A DNA stretch of 17,801 nucleotides from Candidatus Pacearchaeota archaeon (GTDB taxonomy: Archaea > Nanobdellota > Nanobdellia > Pacearchaeales > GW2011-AR1). The notes under the pieces are model-generated. The model made no database searches. It had not been told where the DNA came from and saw nothing but the letters and a program-made list of their open reading frames with translations. Of this stretch, positions 7,541 through 16,177 are shown in pieces. The DNA lies in contig JAGVXK010000003.1 of assembly GCA_018303825.1 (NCBI GenBank), positions 1-17,801 on the forward strand, in the 5' to 3' direction. Positions within the stretch are counted from its first letter, which is position 1. Each line of letters opens with the position of its first letter. The translations under genes were made by a program, and so were the position numbers.

Positions 7541-9048
7541 AAATAAAATTAACATTGAGAGTCTGGATATTAATCATAGCATTGCTTCTCTCAGTTCTTG
7601 CAATAAAGCCAAACTTCCAATCTGGGGTTGTGGTTAATTCAATTGAATTCAATACAAGCATTGCAAATGCAGGACTAAAAACAGGAGAAATAATAAAACA
7701 AATTAACAATCAGGAAATAAAAGCAAAAGATGATTACTCAAGAGTTGTGAGTTCATTATTCTTAGATGGAAAAGAAAAAAGAGTTGACATCAAAACAACA
7801 ACTAATGAATACACTGTCCTGACAAATCAAACGCTTGAAATCACGATAGATAATATTCCAAGCACAAGAATTCAAACCGGATTAGATTTAAGGGGTGGGG
7901 CGAGGGCATTAGTTCAGCCAGATACTAAAATCACAGATGCGCAATTGGATGACTTGATAGCAATAAGCAGAAACAGGCTGAATGAATATGGATTAAAAGA
8001 TATCAATATAAAACCAATATCTGATTCCTCTGGAAACAAATACATGCTGATAGAGATTGCAGGAGCGACCCCAAGAGACCTTGAGGATTTAATTGCACAG
8101 CAGGGCAAGTTTGAAGCAAAAATAAAGAACATAACTGTTTTCGGCGGTGGAAAACAGGACATTGCAGATGTCTGCAGAAATGATGCTAAATGCGCAGGAA
8201 TAGAAGCCTGCAATCCAAGCCAAGATGGTACATTCTTCTGCAATTTCAGGTTTACAGTTTACCTGACTGAAAATGCGGCAGAAAAGCACGCAGATATAAC
8301 TAAAAATATTTCACTAGACCCAACTGGAAAGTATCTTTCAGAAAAATTATTCTTATATGTTGATGACAAAGAAGTTGATTCGCTTCTTGTTGGAGCAGAA
8401 TTAAGGGGCAAAGTAACAACTCAAATTTCCATACAAGGTCCTGGAAATGGAGCAACAGAGGAAGAAGCACTGAAAACATCTAGGGAAAATATGAAAAGAT
8501 TGCAGACAATCCTTATTACGGGAAGTTTGCCATATAAATTAAACATAGTAAAATTAGACACAATATCGCCTATCCTTGGAAGTAAATTCATAAAACTAAT
8601 TCTTCTTTCTGGACTCTTTTCAATGTTGGCAGTTGCACTGATAATTCTTGTGAGATATAAAAAAATAAAAGCTTCCCTGGCATTATTATTAACATCATTC
8701 TCGGAAATAGTCATCATTTTGGGAGTTGCAGCATTGATAAAGTGGAACTTAGATCTTCCAAGCATTGCTGGAATTCTTGCCACAATAGGAACTGGCGTAG
8801 ACCAGCAGATAGTTATCCTTGATGAAGCAAGCAAGAATAAAGCATTGAGCATCATAGAAAGAATGAAGAGGGCATTGTTCATAGTAGTAAGCGTCTATGC
8901 AACAGCAGTTGCCTCTCTATTGCCTCTTGGATGGGCTGCTGCAGGATTATTCAAGGGATTTGTAATAACAACTTTCATAGGCATAACTGCGGGAGTTCTA
9001 ATAACAAGACCTGCATTCTCAGACATGATAAAGAAGATGTCAGAATAA
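7537..9048 (+). CDS. secD: Protein translocase subunit SecD (archaeal type) with a PDZ-like insert
   Basis: GLDLRGG motif, SRNRLNEYGL, LDLPSIAGILATIGTGVDQQIVILDE, and C-terminal GVLITRPAF. Confidence 0.92.
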   Translation: MKIKLTLRVWILIIALLLSVLAIKPNFQSGVVVNSIEFNTSIANAGLKTGEIIKQINNQEIKAKDDYSRVVSSLFLDGKEKRVDIKTTTNEYTVLTNQTLEITIDNIPSTRIQTGLDLRGGARALVQPDTKITDAQLDDLIAISRNRLNEYGLKDINIKPISDSSGNKYMLIEIAGATPRDLEDLIAQQGKFEAKIKNITVFGGGKQDIADVCRNDAKCAGIEACNPSQDGTFFCNFRFTVYLTENAAEKHADITKNISLDPTGKYLSEKLFLYVDDKEVDSLLVGAELRGKVTTQISIQGPGNGATEEEALKTSRENMKRLQTILITGSLPYKLNIVKLDTISPILGSKFIKLILLSGLFSMLAVALIILVRYKKIKASLALLLTSFSEIVIILGVAALIKWNLDLPSIAGILATIGTGVDQQIVILDEASKNKALSIIERMKRALFIVVSVYATAVASLLPLGWAAAGLFKGFVITTFIGITAGVLITRPAFSDMIKKMSE

Positions 9049-9245
9049 TTTAAAGTTATAAATAATAACAGATAAAATCAAAAACCAATTATCATATCAT
9101 TATTTTACAACTATCAAAATTAATTAAACATTGGATAACAATAATTTTACCATCTTTAAAATCAATATATTGCCTTAAACAATTATTGGGATTTGTCACA
9201 GGATTAATCCATAAAGGTTAAAAATGAAGATTAATGAATAAGTTT

Positions 9246-9689
9246 ATGTTACCAAGATGGCATATCTTTTTAGGACTAATTTCCACAATATTGATAACTT
9301 TAGTTTTCCCAAACACAAGCATGCTTTATCTGCTATTATTTTTTCTCTCATCATTTCTAATAGACTTTGACCATTATGCCAATGCTGCCATGAAAACCAA
9401 TAAACTTGGATTAAGAAATGCATTTGAATACCATAAAATTCTCGGAGAGATTGAAAAAGAAGAGCATAAAAAAGGATTAAGAAGAAAAGGAGATTTCCAC
9501 CCATTCCATACAATTGAATTTCACCTTCTTGTTCTGCTTTTAGGATTTTTATGGACAAGTTTCTTCTTTATTTTCCTTGGAATGCTGTTCCATTCAATAA
9601 TGGACCTAATTTCAATTCAATATAAGGGTTATTTATACAGAAGAGAATTCTTTTTTCTTAATTGGCTAAGAAAAAAAGTGCGCCGATAA
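9246..9689 (+). CDS. Membrane metal-dependent hydrolase (YdjM/DUF457-like); start probably ATG 9246 rather than 9234
   Basis: Conserved-type motifs WHI..G, S.LIDFDHY, HPFHTIEF and GMLFHSIMD within hydrophobic segments. The TATA-like element at 9218-9225 is 20 nt before ATG 9246. Confidence 0.8.
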   Translation: MLPRWHIFLGLISTILITLVFPNTSMLYLLLFFLSSFLIDFDHYANAAMKTNKLGLRNAFEYHKILGEIEKEEHKKGLRRKGDFHPFHTIEFHLLVLLLGFLWTSFFFIFLGMLFHSIMDLISIQYKGYLYRREFFFLNWLRKKVRR

Positions 9690-9720
9690 CTTTATATAAT
9701 ATGATAAAGCAGCCTTATTC

Positions 9721-10077
9721 ATGAAGCTTAAACAAGTTGAAAGAATAGTGGGGGCAGTTGATGTTGCTGTTTGGAGTTTTGCAGCATCTATTTGCTATAA
9801 AATGCTCTCCAATGCAAATTATAATTTTTTCCTTGAAGACCACCCAATTGAACATAAATTAATCGGAGTAGCCTATTTGGGAGCTTTTGCTGCTTTTGCT
9901 CCTATCTCTGCCCTCGGAATTACAGATGGGATCGTCGATATTGCGAAAGGAACCAATCACTATTTTGGTTGCAAAGTCTGGCAGAAATTAACAAGAAATG
10001 AAAAAACAAAAGCAAAAATCTAATCAGATTTAGAAAAACAATTAAAAAGAATCGAATATCCAGTTAATTTTGAATAA
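9721..10077 (+). pseudogene. Small membrane protein gene, either intact at 9721-10023 or interrupted by an in-frame TAA at 10021-10023
   Basis: 100-aa ORF with two hydrophobic segments and a TATA (tttatata, 9691-9698) 22 nt upstream. After the TAA the frame continues for 17 codons (SDLEKQLKRIEYPVNFE) to TAA at 10075-10077. Confidence 0.45.
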
Positions 10078-10080
10078 TAT

Positions 10081-10593
10081 TTAATAGCAGATCTTTATCT
10101 CGTTATTTATAATTCCATTCCTATGGGAATAAGGAATATCTGCACCTTCTTGAGTTGATGAGCAATTTCCTTTTTCTATTCTCAAAATAGATTCTTTCTT
10201 GCTATTTGAGGCATTCTCACTGTAAATTGCTGTAAAAAGATACCCCTTGGCAACACTATCTTGGCTTATAGGAAAACTTACATCCAGCATATTTTTCATT
10301 GTTTCATTCGCAACGGCACATACACTAATTCCTGAATCACATTCCCTGAACTCATAGCAATATCCTATCAGGTCGCTCATTTTTTTATAATCTGCCGAAA
10401 TCGAGCAATTAGAGGTGTAATCTAATAAGCTGGAAAGAAAATGCTCCATATCCTTGCTCTCAAGTGTCTTTGCTGGCTTCTGCCTTATCATTACCCCGAG
10501 AAAAACTAAGAACACGACAGCTACCAAGATAACAACCAGGACAAAGCCAACCATTTCTTCCTGTGCTTTCTTGCCTTTTAATCTTTTCAACAT
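10081..10593 (-). CDS. Class III signal peptide (type IV pilin-like) protein, 6 Cys
   Basis: MLKRLKGKKA|QEEMVGFVLVVILVAVVFLVFLGV: basic n-region, K-A cleavage site, hydrophobic helix. Confidence 0.75.
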   Translation of the reverse strand: MLKRLKGKKAQEEMVGFVLVVILVAVVFLVFLGVMIRQKPAKTLESKDMEHFLSSLLDYTSNCSISADYKKMSDLIGYCYEFRECDSGISVCAVANETMKNMLDVSFPISQDSVAKGYLFTAIYSENASNSKKESILRIEKGNCSSTQEGADIPYSHRNGIINNEIKICY

Positions 10594-10720
10594 TTAAACC
10601 CCCTGACAAAAAGCCAAGCACCGCTAAATGACATATTATTATTTAGCAAATTATTATCACATAACATATTACTAATTAATATTTCTTTGTCTTTAAAATT
10701 CCCTTTAATAAAATTATTTA

Positions 10721-11221
10721 TCATTTTATTGCCTTCCCTGCAGCATAAACTGCGCCCAGCTCGCATTTTTCACTTCCCATATTTTGGTCCCACCTGCATA
10801 AAGATACATATGCCTTGGGAGCATTGCCGAAATTGCTGGTTTGAATAAGGGTTATCTTGTTGCAATTAGGATAATTTCCGACAACACACTCCTTATCGGT
10901 CTTTTTTGGATAAATAACCTGGAAGCTTAGATAATCAAGTCCAAAAAACCCATTGTAAGTTTTATTGTAACTTTTCAAAACCAGGGCTTTATCCATATCG
11001 ATGCAGGAATCACAATCTCCAGTCCATTTCAGCTCCGGAATTCCAGACAACTTTCTTAATAATTCTCTGGCTTTATCATTCTCTGATGCTTGAACATCTT
11101 TCTTTAAAGTGTTAAGCCTGACAGTCAAATAAATCAATGCAACAATGGCAAAAAAGATTACTAATGCAATTAAAACAAAAGCCATTTGCTGTATTTTTAA
11201 TTGTGCCTTTTTATTCTCCAT
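10721..11221 (-). CDS. Class III signal peptide (type IV pilin-like) protein, 6 Cys
   Basis: MENKKA|QLKIQQMAFVLIALVIFFAIVALIY. Confidence 0.75.
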   Translation of the reverse strand: MENKKAQLKIQQMAFVLIALVIFFAIVALIYLTVRLNTLKKDVQASENDKARELLRKLSGIPELKWTGDCDSCIDMDKALVLKSYNKTYNGFFGLDYLSFQVIYPKKTDKECVVGNYPNCNKITLIQTSNFGNAPKAYVSLCRWDQNMGSEKCELGAVYAAGKAIK

Positions 11222-11222
11222 T

Positions 11223-12179
11223 TTAGAATAACTGACAAGCTAAATGCTTGTTCTCCTCCTCTATCATTTGAGCATTCCCAGCTATTCTTCTTATGTCAAG
11301 AGAATTATTCAAACTTAATGCCAAAGCAGAATAACTGTTCAGCAAAGCCTGAAGAGTCGAGCTTCCACAGTCGCTGGCTTGCAAAAATGCAGACTTGGAA
11401 GAATAAATCAATGCAAGCGAAGAGCTTCTCTTCATTAATCTGGTTAACTGGCACTCATAAACTGCCGGTTCTGCTAATATTGCCCCAAAAAGCAGGCTAT
11501 TTCCAAAAGTATCATCATAATAAACAGTCTTCTGTGCTATTCTCTTAACAGACTTGCTGTTAATATTAATATCTATATCGCATCCAGAAGAGGCAAAGCA
11601 CACAATTGTAGAATTTTTGGAACACTTGGCCGGGGAGTCAGTTACATTAATATTCTGGATGCCAAGAGCGGTGATTTCATTCCTAACTTCAATTGGAGAG
11701 TTAACAAAGCAGTATTTTTCCTTTTCTCCTATGATAAAAATCAAATCAGCTACTTTGTAAGGCATATCAAATCTCTCTGTAAAAACAAAAATCTTCTTCC
11801 CTTCTATTACGCTCGATGAAAACAAATATTTATTGAAAAACCTGTCAGGATTGTTTGGTTTAACCCATTTCTCACCTATAGTGGAAGAAATGCTGGTTCC
11901 TATTTCCTGAACCCCAAAATTGCCCTGAGTTTTGCAATCATTATAAATCCTTGTCTTGCTTGGAAAACTGATTGGCGGAAAAGAACTGCTAACTTCAAGA
12001 GTGGTTTCAACTGGACTTAGAATGGTTTCGAAATCGCTTCCAAGCTGGGCATTCTGGGCCTTTCTCTCTGTTCCTATTAGTTTCACAGCTGCAAAAATCG
12101 CAAGAAATATGATGGCTGCACCGACAACTATCGCAAATATCCAGGCAAAATTCATTTCAAAAGCTTTTTTATTCTTCAT
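11223..12179 (-). CDS. Large class III signal peptide (pilin-like) protein, 8 Cys
   Basis: MKNKKA|FEMNFAWIFAIVVGAAIIFLAIFAA. Confidence 0.75.
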   Translation of the reverse strand: MKNKKAFEMNFAWIFAIVVGAAIIFLAIFAAVKLIGTERKAQNAQLGSDFETILSPVETTLEVSSSFPPISFPSKTRIYNDCKTQGNFGVQEIGTSISSTIGEKWVKPNNPDRFFNKYLFSSSVIEGKKIFVFTERFDMPYKVADLIFIIGEKEKYCFVNSPIEVRNEITALGIQNINVTDSPAKCSKNSTIVCFASSGCDIDININSKSVKRIAQKTVYYDDTFGNSLLFGAILAEPAVYECQLTRLMKRSSSLALIYSSKSAFLQASDCGSSTLQALLNSYSALALSLNNSLDIRRIAGNAQMIEEENKHLACQLF

Positions 12180-12679
12180 TTTCCTATAGTTACTAATTGC
12201 TCTGTGCTTGTTTTGTTCAAAGTGATAGAAATCCTCCCATTCTTAACAAATGCGCAGAAAAATCTATTAACTTTTATATGTTCAAGTTTATAGCTTGCCA
12301 ATCCGGAATTGCAAGCCTTGATACTAGGATAAAGAAATACATTTTTATCCAAATTTTTATATTTGATAGATAGAACATCATAAGCTTCTTTTGAATCAGC
12401 TACGGGATTGCCATTAAAACTTCCAAAGCAGACAGCACTCACTCCAGAAGGAGCCTTTTCCGAGAAAGGCTTCTGCGTTAATCCAGAAGCAGCCCATGCA
12501 TTATTTACCTCGCCTTCAATATCTTTGTACATCAATCCCGTATCAAAACATCTTCCCAATTTAAGAAAATAACTTATAACAAAAAAAGCGACAGCAATTG
12601 TAGCAACAATAACAATTATCCCAAAAATAAACCCAAATGAAAGTTCTATCTGCGCTCTTTTGCCTCTTCCTTTGTCCAT
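12176..12679 (-). CDS. Class III signal peptide (type IV pilin-like) protein, 4 Cys
   Basis: MDKGRGKRA|QIELSFGFIFGIIVIVATIAVAFFVI. A TATA-like element at 12701-12708 lies 21 nt upstream. Confidence 0.75.
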   Translation of the reverse strand: MDKGRGKRAQIELSFGFIFGIIVIVATIAVAFFVISYFLKLGRCFDTGLMYKDIEGEVNNAWAASGLTQKPFSEKAPSGVSAVCFGSFNGNPVADSKEAYDVLSIKYKNLDKNVFLYPSIKACNSGLASYKLEHIKVNRFFCAFVKNGRISITLNKTSTEQLVTIGK

Positions 12680-12719
12680 AAATCCAATAAAGAGCAGAGG
12701 ATATTAAAGGTTTCTGTTT

Positions 12720-12986
12720 TTAATCAAGTCCTTTTATGGTTCCAGAAACACCTAACACTTTTATCCTCCCATAAAGCTCAAAGGCTGCTCTTACATTATT
12801 AATCTTCTTTCTATCAATAGATAAAATCAACTTCTCCCCTTTATGCCCAACAAAAATAGGATTTGCCTGAGTATATCCCAAAACACCTATGTAATCAATT
12901 ATTGCCCTTTCCGCATCTTCCTTCTTTCCTTCTAAAAGAAGATATCTTTTCTTCATTCTGGAGCTTGGTTTGCTTTTAAGTTTCAT
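12720..12986 (-). CDS. RNase P protein component, Pop5/Rpp14 family
   Basis: N-terminal KPSSRMKKRYLLLE and C-terminal VLGVSGTIKGL pattern of archaeal Pop5; 88 aa. Confidence 0.8.
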   Translation of the reverse strand: MKLKSKPSSRMKKRYLLLEGKKEDAERAIIDYIGVLGYTQANPIFVGHKGEKLILSIDRKKINNVRAAFELYGRIKVLGVSGTIKGLD

Positions 12987-13064
12987 ATTTATACTAACAA
13001 ATTTGTTTTTAAAAACCTATTTGATAACTTTTGGAATACCCGATACATAATAACAAGAGGCATA

Positions 13065-13103
13065 GAAAGATTTATATATAGATATAACTATAGCTATAGA
13101 TAT
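13065..13103 (+). promoter_or_regulatory. vapBC promoter with a palindromic operator
   Basis: gaaagatttatata at 13065-13078. ctatagctatag (13088-13099) is a perfect palindrome, extendable to 13084-13103 with one mismatch, and overlaps the ATG at 13102. Confidence 0.7.
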
Positions 13104-13302
13104 GGAAACAACAATAGCTGTTAAAGAAAGCACGGCTCAGATACTGGCAAGGCTTAGAGAAAGAATGAAAGCCAGAAGCATGGATGAAGTGATAATAACC
13201 ATCCTAAAGAAAGGCAGTGAAATACCTAAATCGCAATTCGGAGCGGATAGAGATATAAAATCATTTTCAAGAAAAGATAGGGCAAAATTCCATGAATTAT
13301 GA
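13102..13302 (+). CDS. vapB: VapB-like antitoxin (ribbon-helix-helix-like N-terminus)
   Basis: 66 aa, METTIAVKESTAQILARLRE...SMDEVI. Overlaps the PIN gene by 11 nt. Confidence 0.75.
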   Translation: METTIAVKESTAQILARLRERMKARSMDEVIITILKKGSEIPKSQFGADRDIKSFSRKDRAKFHEL

Positions 13303-13675
13303 TTATGTAATAGATTCCTATGCCTGGATAGAATATTTTAAGGGCAGCAAGCAGGGAGAGGCTGCAAGCAGATTTATTGAAAGCGAAAAAGCTGCTACTT
13401 CAGTGATAAGCATTGCAGAATTATCTGAGAAATATCTAAAGGAAAAAAAAGATTTTCAGGAAAGATTAAGCTTCATGATTTTCAAGACAAAAATAATAAA
13501 TCTGACTTCTGATATTGCCTTAGAGGCCGGGAAATTGAACTTTGAAAATAAGAAAAAAATAAAAGACTTTGGTATGGCTGACGCAATAATACTTGCAACA
13601 GCAAAACTAGTAAATGGGAAAGTTGTCACAGGAGACGAACACTTTATAAATCTAAATTCAATAATGATAAAATAG
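13292..13675 (+). CDS. vapC: PIN-domain toxin (VapC family)
   Basis: VIDSYAWIEY, SIAEL, GMADAIILATA and VTGDEHF provide the acidic PIN tetrad. Confidence 0.9.
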   Translation: MNYDYVIDSYAWIEYFKGSKQGEAASRFIESEKAATSVISIAELSEKYLKEKKDFQERLSFMIFKTKIINLTSDIALEAGKLNFENKKKIKDFGMADAIILATAKLVNGKVVTGDEHFINLNSIMIK

Positions 13676-13684
13676 GAGAAAAAT

Positions 13685-15019
13685 ATGAAAATACATGCAA
13701 TAGGAGGTTATAACGAGGTTGGAAAAAATATGACTGCGATTGAGATTGGCGATGATATTATCCTTCTTGACTGCGGATTATTCCTTCCAGCAATTGTAGG
13801 CGTAGCAGAAAGAGAAAAAATTCCAACTGAAAGAGGAATGCGAACTCTTGGAGCTCTGCCCGATGATTTATATTTGGAAAAAAAAGGACTGAAAAATAAA
13901 GTCATAGCCATGATAATTTCACATGCGCACCTGGACCACGTTGGCGCAATTCCTTACAATGCTCCAAGATATAATTGCCCGGTTATAGGCACACCATTTA
14001 CAATGGAAGTTCTAAAAGTTTTAATGAGAGATTCAAACCAAAGAATCCCAAATAAAATAATATCTGTTCCAGTTGATGGACACACAATAATTCATGGAAA
14101 GAAAAATGCATATAAAATAGAGTTTGTCAATATGACACATTCTACAATTCAAAGTGCGGTTGTTGCAATTCACACACCAGAAGGAATTGTTCTTTACACC
14201 AATGATTATAAATTAGATAACACTCCTATAGCCGGAGACAGGCCGAATTATAAAAGACTGAAAGAATTATCAAGAATTGGAATAAAAGCAATAGTTGCAG
14301 ATTGCCTCTACGCTCCAGATGATAGAAAAACTCCGAGCGAAAAAATAGCTCGCGGTCTTTTGGAAGATGTTTTATTTACAACAGATAACAGGAAATCCGG
14401 ACTAGTGATTACGACTTTCTCCTCGCATATAGCTAGATTGAAGACAATAGCTGAATTTGGAAAAAGATTGAACAGGGAGGTAATTTTTGTCGGGAGAAGC
14501 CTGAGCAAATACATGGAAGCAGCAAGAAATGTAGGCAAAGCCGATTTTGCAAAAGATATTCAAATCTTAACATTTAGAAAACATCTTGAAAAAACACTGG
14601 GAAGAGTAAGCAAGAATAAAAAAGACTTTATAGTTGTTTGTACCGGACATCAGGGTGAGCCGGGAAGTGTATTGGATAGAATTTCAAGAGACAAAATACC
14701 ATTAAAACTGGGAAAAGATGACCAGGTCATATTTTCTTCAAAAACAATTCCAACACCGATAAATGAACTTAATAAAGAACAAATGGCAAAAAGACTCAAA
14801 AAATTAAATGTGCGTATATTTGACAATGTTCATGTTTCTGGACACGGAGGAAGGGAAGACTTAAGAGACTTATTAAAGTTGACAAGCCCAGAACACGTTA
14901 TTCCAAGCCACGGAGATTTAAAGAAAAGAACCGCTGGAGGAACTCTAGCAGAAGAACTTGGATACAAAATGAACAAAACCATTCATTTATTAAATAACGG
15001 AACCTTTGTTACATTATGA
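13685..15019 (+). CDS. rnj: Ribonuclease J (beta-CASP metallo-beta-lactamase)
   Basis: GGYNEVGKNMT, LLDCG, SHAHLDHVGA, MTHST, NDYKLD, FSSHIAR, GHQGEP, HVSGHG, PSHGD. SD aggag lies upstream. Confidence 0.92.
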   Translation: MKIHAIGGYNEVGKNMTAIEIGDDIILLDCGLFLPAIVGVAEREKIPTERGMRTLGALPDDLYLEKKGLKNKVIAMIISHAHLDHVGAIPYNAPRYNCPVIGTPFTMEVLKVLMRDSNQRIPNKIISVPVDGHTIIHGKKNAYKIEFVNMTHSTIQSAVVAIHTPEGIVLYTNDYKLDNTPIAGDRPNYKRLKELSRIGIKAIVADCLYAPDDRKTPSEKIARGLLEDVLFTTDNRKSGLVITTFSSHIARLKTIAEFGKRLNREVIFVGRSLSKYMEAARNVGKADFAKDIQILTFRKHLEKTLGRVSKNKKDFIVVCTGHQGEPGSVLDRISRDKIPLKLGKDDQVIFSSKTIPTPINELNKEQMAKRLKKLNVRIFDNVHVSGHGGREDLRDLLKLTSPEHVIPSHGDLKKRTAGGTLAEELGYKMNKTIHLLNNGTFVTL

Positions 15020-15489
15020 ATGAAGAGATATTATCTGGATTGAGAAATGCCATTGAGAGAGGATCTAGTTTGGAGCAGGCAATACAAAGTTTCATCAATG
15101 CAGGATATAATGCCCTAGAAGTCAGGGATGCCGCAAATTCATTAACAACAGGCGCCTCAACACTGACAATAGATAATTCAATTATAGTGAATCAAAAACA
15201 AGTAAGGTCAAATCAGAGCCAAAGGCCAATTATCCAGTCAGATAATGGGGATACAAAAAATCCCACGATATCCCAATCAGCCCAAACAATCCAAACGCCC
15301 GTATCTGTCCCGCAAAGTCAAACGCCTTTTCAATTAGAACCAGGCACAGCCTACATCCCAAAAAAGGAAGGGCACAAAGGAAAAGGAATTGTGATTACTC
15401 TTGTAGTAATATTAATAATTTTATTAGCTTTATTGATTCTTTCTTTAGTTTTCAAACCGCAAATACTAGATTTTATTAAGAACTTTTAA
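15016..15489 (+). CDS. Hypothetical tail-anchored membrane protein
   Basis: N-terminal helical domain, Q/S/P/T-rich linker and a single C-terminal TM (GIVITLVVILIILLALLILSLVF). Start overlaps the rnj stop. Confidence 0.75.
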   Translation: MNEEILSGLRNAIERGSSLEQAIQSFINAGYNALEVRDAANSLTTGASTLTIDNSIIVNQKQVRSNQSQRPIIQSDNGDTKNPTISQSAQTIQTPVSVPQSQTPFQLEPGTAYIPKKEGHKGKGIVITLVVILIILLALLILSLVFKPQILDFIKNF

Positions 15490-15643
15490 AAAGAAGTTAT
15501 AAAGGTTTATAAATCATAAAAAAATATTATTTCTAGAAACGATAAATTTTAGTTGAATTAGATATTGGTCTTTATTTGATGATTAAATTAACCTCCTTAA
15601 AAAATTTGCATAAATTTATTTACTATTAACCCCTTTATTATTT

Positions 15644-16177
15644 ATGGTATATCAGCCTAGAGAGGATTCACATCTCTTGCAGGAAGAGATTAGAAAGTTA
15701 GCAAAGGATAAATCTGTGCTTGATCTGGGCTCTGGATCAGGAATTCAAGCTAGAACAGCAGTAGTTGCAGGAGCAAAATCAGTCCTGGCTTCAGATATCA
15801 ACCAAGAAGCAGTCAATCATCTTATAAGTTTAGGACTTTATACAATCCGATCAGATTTATTCTCAAATATTGCTGGGCAATTTGACCTGATAATTTTCAA
15901 TCCTCCTTATCTTCCGGAAGACAGAAGAGAAGACAAACAATCTTCCTTGACAACCTCTGGAGGCAAAAGAGGAGATGAGCTGACTATTAAATTTTTAAAA
16001 GAAGCAAAAGAACATCTGACTGAAAATGGAATCATTCTTCTGATTGTTTCCTCATTGACTCCAAAGGACAAAATATTTTGGACTTTGCACAGACAAGATT
16101 TTTCAAAAACAGTTCTTTCCTCAAAAAAACTCGCATTTGAAGAGCTCGAAGTCTGGAAGATTATGAAAAACCTATAA
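15644..16177 (+). CDS. HemK/PrmC-family (HemK2/MTQ2-like) SAM-dependent methyltransferase
   Basis: VYQPREDS, VLDLGSGSG, DLIIFNPPYLP and GGKRGDE. Confidence 0.9.
   Translation: MVYQPREDSHLLQEEIRKLAKDKSVLDLGSGSGIQARTAVVAGAKSVLASDINQEAVNHLISLGLYTIRSDLFSNIAGQFDLIIFNPPYLPEDRREDKQSSLTTSGGKRGDELTIKFLKEAKEHLTENGIILLIVSSLTPKDKIFWTLHRQDFSKTVLSSKKLAFEELEVWKIMKNL

Noticed and set aside
5369-8882. ORFs 5369-5599(+), 7114-7377(-), 7159-7470(+), 7524-7709(-), 7914-8243(-), 8089-8289(-) and 8421-8882(-)
   Set aside because: Antisense or alternative-frame shadows of the 5140 gene, secF and secD.
9049-9233. Intergenic region as a MITE or ncRNA, including the palindrome ggattaatcc (9201-9210)
   Set aside because: No terminal repeats, no second copy and no GC-rich structure; a 10-bp palindrome is not significant alone.
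10594-10720. Short minus-strand ORF (MLCDNNLLNNNMSFSGAWLFVRGFKC) between pilin-like genes
   Set aside because: 26 aa, low complexity, overlaps the next start, with no RBS or motif support.
9244-14538. ORFs 9244-9558(-), 11201-11548(+), 11554-11760(+), 11956-12189(+), 13708-13911(-) and 14308-14538(-)
   Set aside because: All antisense to supported genes.
15576-15643. C/D-box sRNA (TGATGA at about 15577-15582)
   Set aside because: No CTGA box D at a suitable distance.
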